A stretch of DNA of 64,000 nt. It comes from an uncultured Acidobacteriota bacterium (GTDB lineage Bacteria; Acidobacteriota; Thermoanaerobaculia; Multivoradales; SZUA-115). This document shows, in pieces, positions 29,971 through 39,129 of this stretch. The position numbers were made by a program, and so were the translations under genes. The notes under the pieces are model-generated. The model had not been told where the DNA came from, searched no databases, and saw only the letters and a program-made list of their open reading frames with translations. Positions within the stretch are counted from its first letter, which is position 1, and each line of letters starts with the position of its first letter. The stretch is from positions 320,001 through 384,000 of the forward strand of contig CAWDVR010000004.1 of assembly GCA_963805975.1 (NCBI GenBank), written 5' to 3'.

Positions 29971-31662
29971 TTACCGCGCCAGCGACAGCCGCTGGCCGGG
30001 GTAGATGCGGTGGCCGCTCTTGAGGCCGTTGACCTGCACCAGCGTCTTGATCGGCACGCCGTAGCGCTGCGAGATGCCGTAGAGCGTGTCGCCGGGGCGC
30101 ACCACGTGCTCCCTGGGCCTCGCCTTCTCCCTGCCGTCGGCCGGCAGCGCCGGCGCCACCACCGCCTGGGTGGTCGCGGTGGCCTGGGGCGCGGGGGCCG
30201 GGGCGGGCGTCACCGACGCCACCCGCGGCGTCGCCGGGCCGGCGGTGAAGCGACCCGGGATCTGCAGCACCTGGCCGATGCGGAGCGTGGTCTTCCTGCC
30301 CATGTGGTTGGCCTGCTGGAGAGCGGCCACCGAGACGCCGTTGCGGCGGGCGATCACCGACAGCGTCTCGCCGCTGCGCACGCGGTGCTGGGTACCGGCC
30401 TGGCGCGCCACCTTGACCTCGGCGGGCAGCTCGGCGTAGGCCTTGCGGAAAGCCTCGCCCTGGCCCGGCGGCACCCGCAGGCGGTAGCCGGCCGGCAGCA
30501 GCAGGCGGCCCGTCCACACGTCGGAATCGACCGCCGGGTTGAGCGCCGCGAGATCCAGCACCGGGAGGCCCACCTTGCCGGCGAGGGCCGGCGCCGGCAC
30601 GTGGTTCGGCACCACGAGCTCGTCGAACCGCACCTCGGGCAGGGGCTCTGCGCCGGGGAAGTAGTGGCCGCGGTTCTCGTAGATGGTGGCGGCGGCCACG
30701 AACTCCGAGTAGAAGTTGCGCGAGGCGAAGCCGAAGGTGCGGCCCTGGTGCTGGGCGGCAATGGTGCCCAGGTCCCTGGTGCCCAGGTTCTTGACCGCCT
30801 TCATCAGGCCGCCCGGCCCGTGGTTGTAGGCGGTGACGGCGAGCGGCCAGGTGCCGAGATAGCGGTAGTTCTCCTTGAGCACCGCGGCGGCGGCCGAGGC
30901 GGCGAGCAGCGGATCGAAGCGCTCGTCCACGTCCGCCGCCACGCGCAGGAAGCGGCGGCCGGTCGAGGGCATGATCTGCCAGATGCCGCCCGCCGCCACC
31001 TTGGAGCGCGCCTGCTCGTTGAACATCGACTCGACGAACGGCAGGCGGGTGAGGGTGAGCGGCAGGGCGCGGTCCTCGAACAGCCGCTCGATGGCCGGCA
31101 GGTAGCGCCCGGCGCGTCCGATCGCCTCGGTGAAATGGTCTTTGAGGCCGGCCTGCTGGCGCAGGCGGTCCGCCGCCAGGCCGAGCTCGCTCGTGGGGGC
31201 GCCGGCAAAGAGCGCCGCGATCTTCTTCGCCTCGTCCGGGTAGGCCGGCGAGCGGCCGGCGGCCAGATCCTGGAGCGTGACCTCGATCTTGGTCATCTCC
31301 TCGCGGATGGCGTCCTTGCGGCGGCGCTCCTTGGCCGCCTCGGACAGAGGCGAGGTGGCGAGCTCGGTGAAATCCAGCACCGCGTAGGTGCGCTGGATGT
31401 GCCACTCGTCGTGCAGCACCACATGGTCGCTGGTGTAGCGGCTGAAGATGTCGTTCCAGAAGGAGACGTTCGGTACGAGCTGGCTCGGCAGGGGGAAGAG
31501 CTTGCCGTCGATCTGCTTGAGGGCAGGGGGGGCCGGCGCCTCCGGCACCGGCTGCGCGGAGACGGCCGAGGCGAGCGCCGCGAGCACCGCCGGGGCCAGG
31601 GTCGACGCGAGGATGCGAGCGGGGAAGATGCGAACGGACACCGCGGATCGCTTCGAGCTCAT
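29971..31662 (-). CDS. Lytic transglycosylase with two LysM domains (MltD-like)
   Basis: LPFVESMF, AAGGIWQIMP, AYNHG, HRVRSGETLS, HVVRPGDTLY. Confidence 0.92.
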   Translation of the reverse strand: MSSKRSAVSVRIFPARILASTLAPAVLAALASAVSAQPVPEAPAPPALKQIDGKLFPLPSQLVPNVSFWNDIFSRYTSDHVVLHDEWHIQRTYAVLDFTELATSPLSEAAKERRRKDAIREEMTKIEVTLQDLAAGRSPAYPDEAKKIAALFAGAPTSELGLAADRLRQQAGLKDHFTEAIGRAGRYLPAIERLFEDRALPLTLTRLPFVESMFNEQARSKVAAGGIWQIMPSTGRRFLRVAADVDERFDPLLAASAAAAVLKENYRYLGTWPLAVTAYNHGPGGLMKAVKNLGTRDLGTIAAQHQGRTFGFASRNFYSEFVAAATIYENRGHYFPGAEPLPEVRFDELVVPNHVPAPALAGKVGLPVLDLAALNPAVDSDVWTGRLLLPAGYRLRVPPGQGEAFRKAYAELPAEVKVARQAGTQHRVRSGETLSVIARRNGVSVAALQQANHMGRKTTLRIGQVLQIPGRFTAGPATPRVASVTPAPAPAPQATATTQAVVAPALPADGREKARPREHVVRPGDTLYGISQRYGVPIKTLVQVNGLKSGHRIYPGQRLSLAR

Positions 31663-31800
31663 CTGCCTTCAACGCCTCCAAACCGGAACCGGGTTACCTC
31701 GTAGAGCACGGGCGTTTTCCTATCGTAAACCCTTTTGCGGCGATCCGGACCAGGGAGTTGGGGAGTTTTTGACCGGGAAAGGCGCTTCGATGGGCCGCTC

Positions 31801-34441
31801 TCAGGTCCCGATCCGCTCGAGCTCCAGGAGCGGACCCTCGGGCACCTGGCCGGAGGAGAGGTCCACCTGCCCTGAGAGATGCCAGAGGTCGTCGGAGCTG
31901 GGGTCGAGGAGCACCTGCCGCACCCGCCAGGTGCGGGGGCCGGTGGCCTCCACCAGGGTGCGGTGGGCCTGCCGGGCCTCGGGCGTGAACAGCAGCTCGC
32001 CGTATTCGGCCAGGAAGGGCGCCAGCGCCTGCTCGAGGCGCTCGGCGTTCCACACCTCCTCGGGGGTCGCCTCCGGGCCGGGGCGGACCCAGAGCGCCGC
32101 CTCCTCGTAGTTGCCCTGGGCCAGGGCCCGCACGAGCTGGTGCATCTCGGCCCGCACGCGGGCGGCGAAGACTTTGGGGTTGTCGAGCAGCTCGTGGGCC
32201 CGGGCCACGGCGCGCTCGCTCTCCCGCGCCCGGTCGGGCTCGAAGCGCCACTCCGGATGGAGCAAATTCTCCCACTCCTCGAGCAGGCTGGTGTCGGTGT
32301 GCTCGATGACGGCGCGCAGGAACCCCTCGACGTCGATCAGCTCCTCGCTCTTGGCCTGGGTGGGGACGCTCTGGGCGAGCGTCTTGTAGAGCTGCGAGAG
32401 GTAGCGCAGCAGCACGCCCTCGCTGCGCTCCAGGCCGTAGTGGCGCACGTAGTCGGTGAAGCTCCAGTAGCCCTCGTAGAGCTCGCGGCCGATCGACTTC
32501 GGCCGGATGTTCTCGGACAGTCACCCAGGGGTGCTCGTCGCGGAAGCGGTTGAAGGTCCCGTAGATGAACTCGGCGTTGGGCTTCGGGTGGGTGACCTCC
32601 TGGAGCCTCTCCATCCGCTCCTCGTACTCGACGCCCTCGGCCTTGAGCTTCGCCACCAGGTCGCCCTTGGCGCGGTCGATCTGCTTGTAGAGGACGGCGT
32701 GCGGGTCCTCGAGGATGGACTCGACCAGGGTCACGAGGTCGAGGGCGTAGCTGGGGGAGGACTTGTCGAGGAGGCCCAGGGTCTCGACCATGTAGAGCGA
32801 GAGCGTGTGGAAGAGCGAGAAGTCCCACTGCAAGTCTTCGGAGATCGTCACCCAGAAGTAGCGGGTGCGGGTGTCGCGCGTCATGCGGATCAGGCCGGCG
32901 CGGTAGAGCGAGCGCACCAGCACCGCCGCCTCGCGCACCAGCTCGGCCTTGCGCTTGTCGTCCTCGTGGCTGCCGGCGATGAGGCGGCGCAGCGAGTCGA
33001 AGTTCTCGGCGTCCGGGTCGTTGGCCTCGGCGTCGTGCTGCAGCAGGTTCATCACCATGCTGTGGGTGAGGCGGAAGCGCGACACCAGCATCTCCGGCGG
33101 GCGCGTGATCAGTTTCTCGAAGGTCTCCCGGTTCCAGGGCACGAAGCCCTTCACCGGCGGCTTCTTCTTCACCAGGTTCTTCTTGCCGCCGGCCGCGAGC
33201 TTGGCGTCGATGCGTTTGTTTTCGATCACGTGCTCGGGCGCCTGGGAGACGACGCTGCCCTGGACGTCGAAGCCCTTCCTGCCGGCACGGCCGGCGATCT
33301 GCTTGAAGTCGCGCACCGAGAGGATCGCCGTCTTCTCGCCGTCGAACTTGCAGAGCTTCGAGAACAGCACGGTGCGGATCGGGATGTTGACCCCCACGCC
33401 CAGGGTGTCGGTGCCGCAGATCACCTTGAGCAGGCCCTGCTGCGAAAGCTGCTCGACCAGCAGCCGGTACTTGGGCAGGAGGCCCGCGTGGTGGACGCCG
33501 ATGCCAAAGGCGAGGAAGCGCCGGATCTCCTTGCCGTAGGGCGTGTCGAAGCGGAAGTCGGCGATCGCCTCGACGATCCGCTTGCGGTCTTCTTTGCCCG
33601 CGACCTTCATGCTGGTCAGGTCCTGGGCCAGCTCGGCGCACTCGCGCTGGGTGAAGCTCACGATGTAGATCGGCGCCTTGCCGCTCTCGACCAGCCCCTC
33701 GACCGTCTCGTGCATCGGCGTTTCGCGGTACTCGTAGTCGAGCGGCACCGGCCGCTCCTCGGAGGAGACCAGCGCCACCTCGCGCCCGGTGTCTCGTGCC
33801 AGCCGCTCGGCGATCGGCGCCATGTTGCCGAGCGTCGCGGACATCAGGAGGAAGGTGCTCCTGGGGAGCGTGATGAGCGGCACCTGCCAGGCGATCCCGC
33901 GCTCGGCGTCGGCGTAGTAGTGGAACTCGTCCATCACCACGTAGACCGCGTCCGCCCCCTGGCCGCGGCGCAGCGCCACGTCGCGCAGCGACGAGTTCAT
34001 CAGCACCTCGGCCGTGCAGCAGAGGACCGGCGCACGGCCGTTGATCGAAGCGTCGCCGGTCAGCATGCCGACGCGCTCGGCGCCGAGGTCCTGGCAGAGA
34101 GCGAAGAACTTCTCGGAGGCCAGGGCCTTGATCGGCGAGGTGTAGTACGAGGTGTGGCCCTCGCACAGCGCCTTGAAGTGCATCCCCAGCGCCACCAGCG
34201 ACTTGCCGGAGCCGGTCGGCGTGTTGAGGATCACGTGCTTGCCGGCCATCAGCTCGAGGAGCGCCTCCTCCTGCGCCGGATAGAGCGTGAGACCGGTGTC
34301 CGCCACCCAGCCCAGGAAGAGGTCGAGGATGCGGTCGGGGTCGCGTGTCCCGCCCTCGGGTACCCGCTCGCCCAGGGAGGGAAAGGGGGCTGCGGCCGCC
34401 CTGGTCGCTGCCGGTTCGGAGAGTGTGTCGAGATCCGCCAT
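31801..34441 (-). pseudogene. DEAD/DEAH helicase with DUF3516 domain, split by a +1 frameshift near 32521 (real or sequence error)
   Basis: [33 protein letters not shown]; HPWV-[actgtcc][11 protein letters not shown] continues in the 31801..32448 frame ([15 protein letters not shown]). Confidence 0.85.
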
Positions 34442-34452
34442 CGAGCTGGTGC

Positions 34453-34866
34453 TCAGGCCAACAGCGTGACCCATGGAAGCTCTTCTCGGACTTTCATCCA
34501 GAGGGCCCGATCTGCCGTGACGAGCTCGCAATCCAATTGCCGTGCGAGCACCACGAAGACGGCATCGTAGGGTGAGATCTGGTAGCGATAGGCGGTCTCG
34601 AGACCTGCCGGCAGCAGGTCGCTCGTGGCGAAGACCTGGAGCGGGAGGGTCACCGCCTTCTGATACATCTGCAAGGCCAGCGCTGCGGACAGACCGTTAC
34701 GGCGCTGCACCCAGAAAATGCTCGACAGCTCGACAAAGAGCAGCGAAGGAGCGCTCAGGCGGGCTTTCTCCTCCAGCAGGGCTTTCAGATAGGTCTCCGC
34801 CGCTTCGGAACCCTCCTCGGCCAGGAACCACTTGGCAACGACGCTGGTATCGAGGACGACCGTCAC
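34453..34866 (-). CDS. vapC: VapC PIN-domain toxin
   Basis: [34 protein letters not shown]. Confidence 0.9.
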   Translation of the reverse strand: MTVVLDTSVVAKWFLAEEGSEAAETYLKALLEEKARLSAPSLLFVELSSIFWVQRRNGLSAALALQMYQKAVTLPLQVFATSDLLPAGLETAYRYQISPYDAVFVVLARQLDCELVTADRALWMKVREELPWVTLLA

Positions 34867-35108
34867 CAGCCGTGATCCCTGGCCTCGCGGACGATCACCG
34901 CGCTGTCGGGCATCGGACCGGCGGCCTCCCGGAGGGCACGAATACTCTCGAGCAGATCCTCACCCCGTTCTGCAATCCCCAACTCGCTCGCCAGGAGGGT
35001 CCGCGCCAGCTCGGACATGCTGACCCGGCGGCGATGCGATTCCTTGCGCAGCGCGCGCAGCAGCCGATCGTCCAGCATGAGGTTCGTTCGCTTGAGGTCG
35101 GTTGCCAT
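34863..35108 (-). CDS. Probable RHH-type antitoxin (VapB-like)
   Basis: KRTNLML..SMSELAR..DSAVIVREARD; GTGA overlap with vapC; TATAAT upstream (35134-35139). Confidence 0.82.
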   Translation of the reverse strand: MATDLKRTNLMLDDRLLRALRKESHRRRVSMSELARTLLASELGIAERGEDLLESIRALREAAGPMPDSAVIVREARDHGW

Positions 35109-35168
35109 GAGGATCCTCTACCTCGGGTTCCACATTATACACACCACTCCACACGCGAGACCCGCCGT

Positions 35169-36059
35169 TCACACCTGCAACCGTTGCATGTCCGCCGGCA
35201 GCGGCGAGCGGATCACCAGCCGCTCGCCGGTTCGTGGGTGGGGCAGCGCGAGCTCGGCGGCGTGGAGCAGGGGCCGGGCGGGGCCTCCCTCGCGGGCGCC
35301 GTAGAGACGGTCGCCGGCCACGGGAAAGCCCAGGTCGGCGAGATGAACGCGCACCTGGTGCGTGCGTCCCGTGGCGAGCCGGCACTCGACGCGGCTGAAG
35401 CGCTCGCCGCGCTCGACCACCACGATCTCGGTGGCCGCCGGCAGCCCGCCGGGTGCCACCTCGAAGCGCCAGGCGCCGCCGGCCACGCGGGCGATCGGCG
35501 CTTCCGCGAGCCGGCGCTCGAAGGGCGGCGCGCCCTCGACGATCGCCTCGTAGCGCCGTTCCACCTTTCCTGCCCTCCACGCGGCGGCGAGCGGCCCCAG
35601 GGCCTCCGGCGAGCGCGCGAAGAGCAGCAGGCCGCTGGTCATGCGGTCGATGCGGTGGACCAGCCGCACGAAGGCGCGCCGGCCCTCGCGGAGCGAGAGG
35701 CGGAGGAGGAGCAGCTCGTCGCAGGCCAGCTCGCCCGGCGAGCGAGCTTCGGCCGGCTGCGAGAGCATCCCGGCCGGCTTGTCGGCGGCGGCGAGATCGG
35801 CGTCCTCGTAGGCCAGGGGGAGCGGCGGCAGCTGGGGTTCCGCCGGGAGCCCCGGCGCCGGGTCGATCTCTAGGAGGTCGATCACATCGCCCGTCTCGAG
35901 CGCCCGCGACGCCACCTTGAGCGGTCGGCCGTTGCGCTGCACCTGGCCGGCAGCCAGGAGAGCACGCGCCTTGCGCCGCGAGATGGGCGTGGCCGCGGCC
36001 AGGAACTGGTCGGCGCGCAGCCCGGTGTGGTCGGGGAAGACGACGAGGCGGACCGGCAT
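35169..36059 (-). CDS. RluA/RluD family pseudouridine synthase
   Basis: S4-like N-terminus, DKPAG, HRIDRMTSG, TGRTHQVRVH, GDRLYG, LHAAEL. Confidence 0.93.
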   Translation of the reverse strand: MPVRLVVFPDHTGLRADQFLAAATPISRRKARALLAAGQVQRNGRPLKVASRALETGDVIDLLEIDPAPGLPAEPQLPPLPLAYEDADLAAADKPAGMLSQPAEARSPGELACDELLLLRLSLREGRRAFVRLVHRIDRMTSGLLLFARSPEALGPLAAAWRAGKVERRYEAIVEGAPPFERRLAEAPIARVAGGAWRFEVAPGGLPAATEIVVVERGERFSRVECRLATGRTHQVRVHLADLGFPVAGDRLYGAREGGPARPLLHAAELALPHPRTGERLVIRSPLPADMQRLQV

Positions 36060-36063
36060 GCCG

Positions 36064-37722
36064 CTACGGCGCCGGGCGGGGGGCCGGCGCGGCGGCGAGA
36101 TACGCCTTGGCCTCGGCCAGCGGGGCGAAGCCGGCGTCGGCGCTCTTCCAGATCGCGGCGAGCGTCGCATAGCGCTCGCGGGCGACCTCGCCTTTGCCGC
36201 CTTGGGCCGCGGCGCGGGCCGCGGCGAGGAGCGACGCCGGCCGCTTGGGGGTGCGCTCCAGGGCCTTGGCCAGCTCGGCCGCGGCTTCGTCGAAGCGCTT
36301 GGCCGCCAGCAGCTCCTCGCCGTAGAGCTCGTGCGCCGGCTTGATCGGCGTGGGTGGCCCCGAGGGGAAGCCCAGCCCGTCCTCGATCCGTGCCGCCTCG
36401 GCGAGCTCGGCCAGGCCCGCTTCGACCCGGCCGGCGCCGATCTCGGCCAGGCCGCTCACCTGGCGGGCCATGATGCGCAGCTCCTGGTCCGCCACGCTGT
36501 CGCCGCTCCCCGCCAGGGTCGAGAGCCGCTGGGCCACGTTCCGGGCCGCCTCCAGGTCTCCGCGGCGGGCCGCGGCATAGCCCGCGGCGAAGAGCTGGGT
36601 GGTGCCTTCTCCGGTGCCGTAAGAATGCGAGGCGTGCGCAGCGCAGGTTCCGATGGTTGCCTCTGGGGTCACCGCGGAGGCCGTCTCCACTCTCACGTTG
36701 CGCGCCAGGCCGCTCCCGGTCTCGACCGCCTGGCGCGCCGCCATCTGCTCGGCGGCCTCGGTGGCCCTCTTCTCTCCGCTCTGCTGCGCCGCCGCGAGGC
36801 CGGTCTCGAGCACCGCTTGCGCGTCCGTCAGGCGGCCGAGCTGAAGGTAGGCGTAGTGCAGCCAGCCCAGGCTGTGGAAGTCCCGCTTGCCGAGCGGGTG
36901 CGAGCGGCGCTCGACCCAGGCGACGGAGGCGTCGTAGGCCGCGATGTTCGAGGCCACGACTTCGTCCCAGATGCCGAGCTGCACGAAAATGTGGGATGGC
37001 ATGTGCAGGGCGTGGTGGGCGGCCGGGGCGATGCGCGCGTACACCCTCGCCGCCCGCAGGCCGAGCGGCGCGTGGATGGGGTCGTCGTAGGCGTGGATCA
37101 GGTAGTGGGCCGCCCCCGGGTGGTCCGGGTTGGCGGCGAAGACCTCCTCGAGGATCGCCGCCGAGCGCATGTTGAGCCGCGGGTCGGCGGCGCCCATGGG
37201 TTGCAGGCCCTGGAGCGATAGGGCGAAGAACGCCGCGGCCTCGTGGTCGTCCGGGTGAGCGGCAAAGAGCTTCTCGAGCGCCGCGGAGTAGGCGCGGTTG
37301 CGCTCGTCCCTCTCGCCCTCTCCGTAGAGCGCCTCGGCGGCTGCCAGGTACAGCTTCTCGCGCTCGGTGGGCGCCTTGGCGGCGCGCTCCGCCGCGGTCG
37401 CGCCCAGCTTGTCCAGCGCGGCCCGCCCGGCGTCGAGGTCGACTTCCCGCCAGATGGGATGGTTGTGGGTCATGGCCTCGCCCCAGTAGGCGAGGACGAA
37501 GCCGGGGTCGAGGCGCTCGGCCTCGCGGAAATAGTCGGCGGCCTCGTCGTACCAGAAGCTGTGGAGAGCGGCCAGGCCCTGCAGGAAGGCCTCCTGCGCC
37601 GCCGGCGCGCCGGAGGTGGGCATCTGGACCCGGCCGAGGCTCGCCCTCTCGGCCGCGGCGGTGCAGCTCCAGGAAGTGAGCGCGGCGACTGCCGCGGCAA
37701 GAACGATTCGTCGGATGAGCAT
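36064..37722 (-). CDS. Exported TPR-repeat protein
   Basis: FLQGLAALHSFWY, HPGAAHYLIHAYD, HALHMPSHIF. Confidence 0.8.
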   Translation of the reverse strand: MLIRRIVLAAAVAALTSWSCTAAAERASLGRVQMPTSGAPAAQEAFLQGLAALHSFWYDEAADYFREAERLDPGFVLAYWGEAMTHNHPIWREVDLDAGRAALDKLGATAAERAAKAPTEREKLYLAAAEALYGEGERDERNRAYSAALEKLFAAHPDDHEAAAFFALSLQGLQPMGAADPRLNMRSAAILEEVFAANPDHPGAAHYLIHAYDDPIHAPLGLRAARVYARIAPAAHHALHMPSHIFVQLGIWDEVVASNIAAYDASVAWVERRSHPLGKRDFHSLGWLHYAYLQLGRLTDAQAVLETGLAAAQQSGEKRATEAAEQMAARQAVETGSGLARNVRVETASAVTPEATIGTCAAHASHSYGTGEGTTQLFAAGYAAARRGDLEAARNVAQRLSTLAGSGDSVADQELRIMARQVSGLAEIGAGRVEAGLAELAEAARIEDGLGFPSGPPTPIKPAHELYGEELLAAKRFDEAAAELAKALERTPKRPASLLAAARAAAQGGKGEVARERYATLAAIWKSADAGFAPLAEAKAYLAAAPAPRPAP

Positions 37723-37746
37723 GGCGATCTTCCTCTTCTCGGCTGC

Positions 37747-39012
37747 CTATCCCGGCAGCGCCCACATCGTCAGCGTGGAACGGTCCTTGACCAGCAGCCG
37801 CCGGCCGAGGACGGCGGGGGAGGCCCACGTCGCGCTCGTCGCCACGGGGTAGCGGGCCACCTCGGCGTAGGCGCTGCCGCCGGACTTGGCCACCACCAGC
37901 TCGCCGCCGTCGGTCGACACCAGGAGCAGGTCGCCGGCGGTGTAGACGGCGGCGTTCTCGGCCATCCGGCCCTCGTGGGTCCACGCGGTCTTGCCGGTCG
38001 CCGCGTCCAGGCAGAAGAGCTGCCCCTTGCGCTTGTGCGAGAGGCCGCAGACGCGCCCTCCCGCCTCGACCGGCGAGCTCATGTAGAGCGCGACGTCCTC
38101 GTTCTTCCACACCGGCTTGACCAGCCAGCCGCCCTCTACCCGCACCGGCCGGACGGCGGTGACGCCCTTGTCGATCCCCGAGTAGACGAGGTTGTCGCCC
38201 ACCACCAGCGGGGTGACGATGTTCTGCACGTACTCGGTCTCGAACGGGATCTTCCACAAGAGGGCACCGTCGGCGAGCGCCACCCCGGCCACCGAGGCCT
38301 GCATCTGCGTCACCACCTGCGGCACCCCGAACCAGCGCGCCACCACCGGCGTGGCATAGCCGGGCCCCTCCTCCGGCCGGCTCCAGACCTCGTTGCCGGT
38401 GGCGGTGTCGAGCGCCAGCAGGGCACCGCTCCCGGAGCCCCCCACGTGGACGATCAAGAGCTTGCCCTCGACGATCGGCGAGGTGGCGGTGCCGAAGTCC
38501 GGTGCGGTCTCCTTGAAGCGGCCGCGGAACTCTTTCCTCCACGCGAGGTCGCCGGTGGCGGCGTCCCAGGCCGAGAGGATGCCGCTAATGCCGAAGGTGT
38601 AGACACGGCCCCCCGCCACCACCGGGGTGGACTTGGGGCCCTTGCCGTGGCTCGTCGCCGCCGGGTTCATCTCGTAGGGAGTGGGGTAGCTCTTCTGCCA
38701 GACCACCTTGCCGTCGGCGAGCGAGATGGCGGTCGCCGTCTCCTGCTCGCCCCGGCGGGTGAAGGTGTAGGCGCGGTCGCCATCCGCCACCGGCGAGGCG
38801 TGGCCCTCCCCCACTTCGAGCTGCCAGACCTTGTCGAGCTTCGCCGGCCAGCTCGCGGGCGCGACGAAGCCCTCCAGCCGGCCGTCGCGCCCCGGCCCGC
38901 GCCAGCCGGGCCACTGCTGGCCGGTGCCGGCTCCAGCCAGCAGGGCGAGGCCCAGCCCGGCCGTCGCCAGCACCGCCGGCACTGTCTTCAGGGGGACCGG
39001 TCGCTGCTTCAT
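37747..39012 (-). CDS. PQQ-like beta-propeller repeat protein
   Basis: WPGWRGPGRDG, GPKSTP, DAATGxxxW repeats. Confidence 0.9.
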   Translation of the reverse strand: MKQRPVPLKTVPAVLATAGLGLALLAGAGTGQQWPGWRGPGRDGRLEGFVAPASWPAKLDKVWQLEVGEGHASPVADGDRAYTFTRRGEQETATAISLADGKVVWQKSYPTPYEMNPAATSHGKGPKSTPVVAGGRVYTFGISGILSAWDAATGDLAWRKEFRGRFKETAPDFGTATSPIVEGKLLIVHVGGSGSGALLALDTATGNEVWSRPEEGPGYATPVVARWFGVPQVVTQMQASVAGVALADGALLWKIPFETEYVQNIVTPLVVGDNLVYSGIDKGVTAVRPVRVEGGWLVKPVWKNEDVALYMSSPVEAGGRVCGLSHKRKGQLFCLDAATGKTAWTHEGRMAENAAVYTAGDLLLVSTDGGELVVAKSGGSAYAEVARYPVATSATWASPAVLGRRLLVKDRSTLTMWALPG

Positions 39013-39129
39013 CGCATCCTTTCTACTACGGCTGTAGAATTTCGGTCAAACCGCGAGCGGCGGCCGGGATGTCCTTGATATGGTGCCCGCTCCCAAACCC
39101 GCCGCTCGACGCACCACGGAGACTCGACG

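Noticed and set aside
31694-32506. Arg-rich C-terminal tail of the 945-aa helicase ORF in the track
   Set aside because: Out-of-frame read-through after the frameshift; the true C-terminus is in the 31801-32448 frame
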